A DNA stretch of 64,000 nt, taken from a virus (taxonomy: Duplodnaviria > Heunggongvirae > Uroviricota > Caudoviricetes). Shown here piece by piece: positions 58,248 through 64,000 of the stretch (within the stretch, counting starts at the first letter, position 1; each line of letters starts with the position of its first letter). Position numbers and translations under genes: made by a program. The stretch lies in the IMG/VR virus record IMGVR_UViG_3300014205_000001, positions 189,413-253,412 of that record; one strand, written 5' to 3'. The notes below the pieces were generated by a model. The model saw nothing but the letters and a program-made list of their open reading frames with translations, was not told the origin of the DNA and did no database searches.

Positions 58248-59063
58248 ATGCATAATATTGTAAATAGCACTAAACCTAAATTAGGTACTTTACCAGGATT
58301 TTGGGAAACAGATTTATTTCCTTTTGAAGAAGTTGAACCTATCTATGCGACAGCATTACCCGGTTTTACACCTCACGAAGTAATTGTGTATGAAAATGTA
58401 TTTACGAAATCTGAATGTCAAAAATTAATTGACTTCATGAATCAATCACCTAATTTTGAAGAAGTAGGCGTGCAAGGAATGAAAGATCAAAAGGACACTC
58501 GAATTGGTTCATTAAGAACTTCTATTTGGTCACCTAAAATTGCAGGATTTATTTGGAATCGTATTGTTGAATATCTCCCAGGCACAATACAATTTAATAA
58601 ATCAACTTCGACTGATTGGTGGCAGGGTGAATATTCAGGGTTACGTTTAGAGAAAGATGAAATAACTGTACAAGGTGATCCGATTGCTATTTCACCCCTT
58701 TTAAGATTCATGAAATATGGAAATGAAGGTCAACATTACGCTCACTATGATGCATCCTTTATTTATCCTGAACAGCAATTCAGAAGTTTAAAATCGATGG
58801 TGATTTATTTAACCACGAATGAAAATGCTGCAACAAGATTCATTCGGGATGAACAAACCAAAAAACCAATATGGGACCGTAATCATGAAGATTGGAATCG
58901 TCCTGTATTAGATGAAGAAGTAATTGCAAAATCTGAATGTATTGCAGGTAATGTTCTTTTCTTTGATCATCGAATTTGTCATGATGTTCAACAATACTTT
59001 GGTAATACTGAACGTGTAATTATACGTGGTGATCTTATTTATGAATTATTTTATAGCAAGTAA
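58248..59063 (+). CDS. Prolyl-4-hydroxylase-like 2OG-Fe(II) dioxygenase
   Basis: RFMKY...HYAHYD (HxD), MVIYL, FFDHRICHD (H), RVIIRGD. Confidence 0.88.
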   Translation: MHNIVNSTKPKLGTLPGFWETDLFPFEEVEPIYATALPGFTPHEVIVYENVFTKSECQKLIDFMNQSPNFEEVGVQGMKDQKDTRIGSLRTSIWSPKIAGFIWNRIVEYLPGTIQFNKSTSTDWWQGEYSGLRLEKDEITVQGDPIAISPLLRFMKYGNEGQHYAHYDASFIYPEQQFRSLKSMVIYLTTNENAATRFIRDEQTKKPIWDRNHEDWNRPVLDEEVIAKSECIAGNVLFFDHRICHDVQQYFGNTERVIIRGDLIYELFYSK

Positions 59064-59345
59064 TATGACAAGTAATATGAATACATTAATGCAGAATTTT
59101 ATGGATATTTTCAAAAAACGTCCATTTGATTATACAAAGGATTTAAGAAGTAAAATTCAACATGCATTGAAACATGACATGGATGGTATTTTTGTACAAG
59201 CACATTTCTACGAAACGCCTTATGAAAATATTAAAAATGATTTTCCCATTGCAATGGTTAAAGCGCACACAGTAGAAGGTGACATTTTAAAAATTTGTAT
59301 AAAAAATCGTAAACACCGACAATTTAGATTTGTCGATTATGTATC

Positions 59346-59801
59346 ATGAGTATAAAAAAATATATCTATTTTGGTCCGTATTTAGAATACACACCAAAAC
59401 AAATTGTAACAATCGATTATGTACGTAAATGTACAAAATGTAAAAAGAAACGTGTTGACGAAATCTGTCCCACATGTAAACAACAAACTACATTAATTCC
59501 CAAAGATATAGATGAACCTGTTTTTGATTACATTGAAGGATATAAATATTTACAGCAACCTCATTGTGGTGGTGATTTTATGGAAGAGGATTTGTTAATT
59601 CCGGGTAGCAACGAAGGTCGTCCTGAAAAATTCAATTTAGATGACGATAATTATTGTGGGTCAATTCCTTTACCAACAGAAGAAGAAATCCAAAAAGATA
59701 CTCGTTGGTTCATGGATAAAATAGCACCAGTGATTGAAGGTTTCAAAAAACATCAAGTTGAATTTCAACTTAAATACGGATTTGTAATTCATTATTCATA
59801 A
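59346..59801 (+). CDS. Hypothetical zinc-ribbon protein
   Basis: CTKC...CPTC. Confidence 0.5.
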   Translation: MSIKKYIYFGPYLEYTPKQIVTIDYVRKCTKCKKKRVDEICPTCKQQTTLIPKDIDEPVFDYIEGYKYLQQPHCGGDFMEEDLLIPGSNEGRPEKFNLDDDNYCGSIPLPTEEEIQKDTRWFMDKIAPVIEGFKKHQVEFQLKYGFVIHYS

Positions 59802-59820
59802 TATATAAACAAATAAAACA

Positions 59821-60390
59821 ATGGCAATAGTAAACATCAGAAACAGAGGTAGAGTTCTCAAAACAAGAGAACACAAAATTAATGAGGAAATTACCCACCC
59901 TCAAGTTCGTGTAACCTATGATGAAACATTAGGTGAAAATTTACAATCAGCAATTTTAAATAGCGATGAAGCATTTAAAATTGCAAAAGAATTAGGAGTT
60001 GATTTAGTGGAAATCACAACACAAGCAAATCCTCCTGTCTGTAAAATAATTGAATACAGTAAACATTTGTATCAATTAAAAGAACTAAAAAAGAAAAAAG
60101 ACAGTAACAGTAAAAGTACTCAGGTAAAAGAAATTCGTATTTCGCCTAACATCGGTGAAAACGATTTGAACGTGAAAGTAAGTAAAGCTATCGAATTTTT
60201 AAAGGATGGTGACAAAGTAAAATTGGAATTACAATTCCGTGGTCGTGAAATTGTTGTATTGAAACAACAAGGGCAAATGAAAATGTTATTATTTGCAACC
60301 AAAGTTGAAGAATACGGGAAAGCAGAATCCTTACCCAAATTGGATGGTAAAAAAATGCAAATGATGTTAGCACCTAAAGCCAAAAAATAA
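59821..60390 (+). CDS. infC: Translation initiation factor IF-3
   Basis: INEEI...VRV, AFKIAKELGVDLVEI...PPVCKIIEYSK, VKEIRISPNIGENDL.VK, FLKDGDKVK..LQFRGRE. Confidence 0.95.
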   Translation: MAIVNIRNRGRVLKTREHKINEEITHPQVRVTYDETLGENLQSAILNSDEAFKIAKELGVDLVEITTQANPPVCKIIEYSKHLYQLKELKKKKDSNSKSTQVKEIRISPNIGENDLNVKVSKAIEFLKDGDKVKLELQFRGREIVVLKQQGQMKMLLFATKVEEYGKAESLPKLDGKKMQMMLAPKAKK

Positions 60391-60833
60391 TGGAAAGAAA
60401 AAATGCATATTTAGCAAATAATCTTGACAAATACATTAAAGAATCAATCCGTATAGGTTTCACTCATAGCTGGGAAGGCGACAAAATAGAAATTTTGGAT
60501 GAAATGATCGTTAAAGACGAATGTCATGGATTTCCTGTTGAATTTAAAGTAATGTTACAAAAACTAACTTTTGGAAAAGGTAAAGATTCTTTTTTCTTGA
60601 CTGGAATCGTAACTGAACGAGTTGAAATAGCTCATAAATTACGTTCAGGTGGTTGGGGAAGTCATTGTTATATGGAAGAATCTGCAACAATGGAATTAGG
60701 TGTCGTTATTATGGCAATGAAACACGATATGTATGTACATACTAAAGTCTGTTCGTGGCCTTTTGCAAAAGCTTTAGTAAGTAAAGTAACAGATGCACAT
60801 CGTAAAAGTTTTATCCCAGAAAAAGTAAGTTAA
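60390..60833 (+). CDS. Hypothetical protein
   Basis: 147-aa coupled ORF. Confidence 0.5.
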   Translation: MERKNAYLANNLDKYIKESIRIGFTHSWEGDKIEILDEMIVKDECHGFPVEFKVMLQKLTFGKGKDSFFLTGIVTERVEIAHKLRSGGWGSHCYMEESATMELGVVIMAMKHDMYVHTKVCSWPFAKALVSKVTDAHRKSFIPEKVS

Positions 60834-60872
60834 AACTAAACAAACAACCTGCTAATCAATATAACCTTCAAT

Positions 60873-62090
60873 ATGAAGGTATCAAAATTAGCACAGAACA
60901 TAGTTGGCAGCGAAATAATAAAAATTGCAGCCGAAGTCAAACAAAGAATCGAACAGGGTCATGAAGTTTTCAATTTAACGATTGGAGATTTTGACCCTTT
61001 TCAGTTTTCCATTCCTAGTAAATTACGAGATTTAGTAATTGATGCGTATCGTCGTAACGATACAAATTATCCTGAAGCAAGTGGTGAAATCACTTTACGT
61101 AATGCAGTTAGTTCAATATCTGCTATTAAAGGTCTAAAATATTCCAATAAAGAAATTGTAATTGCTGCAGGCGCTCGTCCTATTATTTACAGTATCTTCA
61201 AAACTTTAGTTGACCCAGAAGATTATGTATTGTATGTAACACCTTCATGGAATAATAATCATTATACTTATCTAACAAATGCACAATCAATTGTAGTGGA
61301 AACAACTTCTGAAAATTATTTCATGCCTACTGCAGATGATATTCGTCCATATATTGATAAAGTAAAATTAATCGCATTATGTTCACCACAAAATCCAACA
61401 GGAACTTGTTTTAGTAAAAAAGATTTATTGGAAATTTGTCAATTAGTAATTGAAGAAAATCAAAAACGTCCTGATAATCCTGTGTATGTAATGTACGATC
61501 AAATTTATTCAGAGTTAGCGTATAACAATGTAATACATTATGACCCAGTTAAATTATTACCTGCAATGAAAGATTATACAGTTTATGTCGATGGCATTTC
61601 TAAATCTTTATCTGCAACTGGTGTTCGTGTTGGATGGGCAATGGGACCTGAAGAAATCATTGCAAAAATGCGTGCAATTTTAACTCATTTAGGTGCTTGG
61701 GCACCCAAACCTGAACAAGTAGCGACAGCACAATTCCTAACTACAACTTATTACCAGTTATTTTTAACTGAACAACGTAATAATATTTATAAACGATTAA
61801 AAGGTCTCTATCTCAGTATTTATGACTTAAAACGTGAAGGTTTAAACGTTGACATTATACAACCTCAAGGTGGAATTTATTTATCTGTTAAAATTGAAGT
61901 GGCAGGCAAAACTCCGGAAGAAGTACGTGCCATGTTATTAGAAAAAGCCAATATTGCAGTGATTCCTTTTTATGCTTTTGGTTGCGACGAAAATTGTCCG
62001 TGGTTCAGAATTAGTGTAGGAACCTGTAAAGAAAGTGATCTACCTTTGATTCAAAATAGTCTTCGTAATTTCCTGAAAAAGTTTTCATAA
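60873..62090 (+). CDS. PLP-dependent aminotransferase, class I/II
   Basis: NLTIGDFD, AGARP, CSPQNPTG, YDQIY, DGISKSLSATGVRVGW (PLP-Lys), WFRISVG. Confidence 0.92.
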   Translation: MKVSKLAQNIVGSEIIKIAAEVKQRIEQGHEVFNLTIGDFDPFQFSIPSKLRDLVIDAYRRNDTNYPEASGEITLRNAVSSISAIKGLKYSNKEIVIAAGARPIIYSIFKTLVDPEDYVLYVTPSWNNNHYTYLTNAQSIVVETTSENYFMPTADDIRPYIDKVKLIALCSPQNPTGTCFSKKDLLEICQLVIEENQKRPDNPVYVMYDQIYSELAYNNVIHYDPVKLLPAMKDYTVYVDGISKSLSATGVRVGWAMGPEEIIAKMRAILTHLGAWAPKPEQVATAQFLTTTYYQLFLTEQRNNIYKRLKGLYLSIYDLKREGLNVDIIQPQGGIYLSVKIEVAGKTPEEVRAMLLEKANIAVIPFYAFGCDENCPWFRISVGTCKESDLPLIQNSLRNFLKKFS

Positions 62091-62110
62091 ATTCATTAAA
62101 ATTCATATAA

Positions 62111-62890
62111 TTGTGTAACAGCACTAGTATGACGCAAGATGAAAAAATTAAACGTTTATTAATTGAACCTTACTATAGTGTTCTATATAACAAACATGGA
62201 ATTGATTATTGTGTAGACAATGGTTTTTTCTTTAATTCCAATAACGTTGAAATTAATTGGCGCAATCATGTTGAAATTCCTTGTACTCCCATTAATTTTT
62301 TAGAATTACCTAATCCTAATTTTAAGCAACGCAAAAAATGTGTACTGTTACAGACAGGTGCTCATTGTCCCTTACATGAAGGACATATTGCGATGATGGA
62401 ATATTCCAAATCGTTTTTAGAAAATCATGGTTACCACGTAATGGGAGGATATTTAAGTCCAGGTCATGACGAATACATTAAAGATAAAAACAAAGACGAA
62501 TACATGCCGATTCATGATCGGTTAGAATATGCGAATAATTTAATTAAGAAAGACGAACGATTAAATTGGTTAGCAATTGATCCGTGGGAAGGGTTATTCG
62601 CACCCGGTGCAGTTAATTATACATCTGTTGTGTATCGGTTACAACAATATTTAGCGTATTGGTTACCTGAAGAAAAAATTGAAATTTTTTATGTGTGTGG
62701 TGCTGATAATGCACGATTCTTTCGTGTATTTAAAGATTCTGACATTCAAATGTGTATTACTACACGTAAAGGTTATGATATTTCTGAAATGGCGAAAGAC
62801 ATTTTAGATAGTGGTTTTTATATTGCGGAAATGGATAATTCTTTATCTTCTACATTTGTTCGCAAACAACCTGAATATCAACAATATTAA
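62111..62890 (+). CDS. NMN/NaMN adenylyltransferase (NadD/NMNAT-like) domain
   Basis: TGAHCPLHEGH (HIGH-like), GYLSPGHD.Y, AIDPWE, YVCGADN, LSSTFVR. Confidence 0.82.
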   Translation: MCNSTSMTQDEKIKRLLIEPYYSVLYNKHGIDYCVDNGFFFNSNNVEINWRNHVEIPCTPINFLELPNPNFKQRKKCVLLQTGAHCPLHEGHIAMMEYSKSFLENHGYHVMGGYLSPGHDEYIKDKNKDEYMPIHDRLEYANNLIKKDERLNWLAIDPWEGLFAPGAVNYTSVVYRLQQYLAYWLPEEKIEIFYVCGADNARFFRVFKDSDIQMCITTRKGYDISEMAKDILDSGFYIAEMDNSLSSTFVRKQPEYQQY

Positions 62891-63658
62891 AAAAAGAGAC
62901 ACACACCCAAACAATTATATTTACGCACAGACGGAAGTGATGTAGAAGTTAGAGTATTGTGGTTATTACGAAAATATTTCACGAATGTGTTCCCACAATA
63001 TATTGAAGATCAACAACATCAATACGATGAACATAAAAATCGTGATATAGATATTGTAAATTTAGATTCGCATATCATTGGTGATGCTTATTTAGAAATT
63101 TCACGATTGTATGACAATTTTGGACAGAAAATGTTAGGTTATACAAATCGTCCAGGTAGTGATGAAATTCATGTGCAATTAGCAAATTTAAATGAAATTG
63201 TAACCTCACCTGTAATATTATTTGATGATGATATTGCAACAGGAGGCACAATGAAATTTGCTGAATCACAATTACGAGAAATTTATATTGAAACACAAGG
63301 ACGTTTTAGTTTAGTAAGTAATAATGATCAAAACGCAGAAATTTTAGATGCACGCGATTTTATTTTAGGTGCATCTGAAGGAGGTTTAGTTACAAAAATT
63401 AAAAATAAATTAGTACGAGTTCCTTATGTTTATCCCTTCGTGTGTCCTAAATCACGTGCAAGTATCAACAATCCCATGGAATTTTCCCAATATATTTGGT
63501 TATTGAACTATAATTACTATAAAGATTCATATAAACAAATACGTGACTTCCCACAATTAAAATTCATCAGTGATCATTTAGGTTTCAAATCAACTGCATA
63601 CATGGAAGATGTTTGTATGTATTATCACAGATTTTTATACGATATCAATCATATATAA
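62891..63658 (+). CDS. Type I phosphoribosyltransferase-like domain, in frame with the preceding ORF after a single TAA
   Basis: ILFDDDIATGGTM (PRPP-binding loop); the frame is open from 62891 onward. Confidence 0.7.
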   Translation, partial: KKRHTPKQLYLRTDGSDVEVRVLWLLRKYFTNVFPQYIEDQQHQYDEHKNRDIDIVNLDSHIIGDAYLEISRLYDNFGQKMLGYTNRPGSDEIHVQLANLNEIVTSPVILFDDDIATGGTMKFAESQLREIYIETQGRFSLVSNNDQNAEILDARDFILGASEGGLVTKIKNKLVRVPYVYPFVCPKSRASINNPMEFSQYIWLLNYNYYKDSYKQIRDFPQLKFISDHLGFKSTAYMEDVCMYYHRFLYDINHI

Positions 63659-63866
63659 ATTATATGACTATCGTACTTACTGCTGTAGGAATCGTAGCGA
63701 TTCTAGCAGGACTTGGAATTTATTTTCACAAGTCTGAGAAATGTAAACACAATTGGACTAAAATTAGTTCAACTAATAATTCAAAAGAGTACACATTTAA
63801 CTATCAGTGTACGAAGTGCAAAGAACGTAGATCAGAAACATTCATTATCTTTTAGCTGATAAAATT

Positions 63867-63880
63867 CATATAATTGTAGT
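63867..63880 (+). promoter_or_regulatory. Putative promoter box CATATAATTGTAGT directly before an ATG
   Basis: Same motif family as 13086-13099, 21724-21737, 10144-10156, 15930-15942, 62104-62116. Confidence 0.55.
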
Positions 63881-64000
63881 ATGGCTACAAAAATTGAAGA
63901 TTTAAAAGAACCTATTGAAATCGGTTGTATTTATTCAGTTCCATGTTTAGAAATTAAAGTTTCAAGAAATTTTGAAGAGGATTGGATTGATGACGATGCA
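63881..64000 (+). CDS. 3'-partial hypothetical protein
   Basis: MATKIEDLKEPIEIGCIYSVPCLEIKVSRNFEEDWIDDDA, open to the window end. Confidence 0.5.
   Translation, partial: MATKIEDLKEPIEIGCIYSVPCLEIKVSRNFEEDWIDDDA

Noticed and set aside
1-64000. Stop-codon reassignment (alternative genetic code)
   Set aside because: Long conserved genes are intact in code 11 and tile densely; only one isolated in-frame TAA (62888) was seen.
1-64000. CRISPR array, integrase/IS element, self-splicing intron or intein
   Set aside because: No regularly spaced direct repeats, transposase or integrase motifs, or interrupted conserved genes recognised.

Overview
AT-rich, gene-dense segment of a large (jumbo-type) myophage genome. 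The host is probably Bacteroidota, inferred from TAnnTTTG-like promoter boxes, A-rich translation starts with no obvious Shine-Dalgarno sequences and tRNA genes lacking CCA. The window opens with the C-terminal part of a T4-like large terminase and a very long contractile tail sheath gene. A minus-strand accessory block follows (about 5-23 kb): HDAC-family deacetylase, Fpg/Nei glycosylase, a tRNA array, an HNH-RNA ligase, a putative nucleotide/DNA-modification operon, an acyl-carrier-protein fusion and a sliding-clamp-like gene. The rest is mostly plus strand: WGR-PARP, AlkB-like and P4H-like dioxygenases, a single-chain topoisomerase II (minus), AAA ATPase, dNMP kinase, two sigma factors, a truncated Thg1, a second tRNA array, NadE/CoaD-like/NadD-PRTase genes, IF3 and an aminotransferase. 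The main finding is that two tRNA operons each lie behind an apparent ribosome-mediated transcription attenuator (leader peptide, antiterminator segment, intrinsic terminator), and the leader codons match the downstream tRNAs. MKKFNKHNNHNFWFN... precedes tRNA-Phe/Trp/Lys/Asn/His, and MKTTVNTYYWYYY... precedes two tRNA-Tyr genes. The inference is a phage circuit that switches on replacement tRNAs when those tRNAs are depleted. The arrays also hold tRNA-Lys and tRNA-Glu with long variable arms and several tRNA mimics with non-functional anticodon loops. All protein calls rest on motifs recognised by eye; no database search was run.
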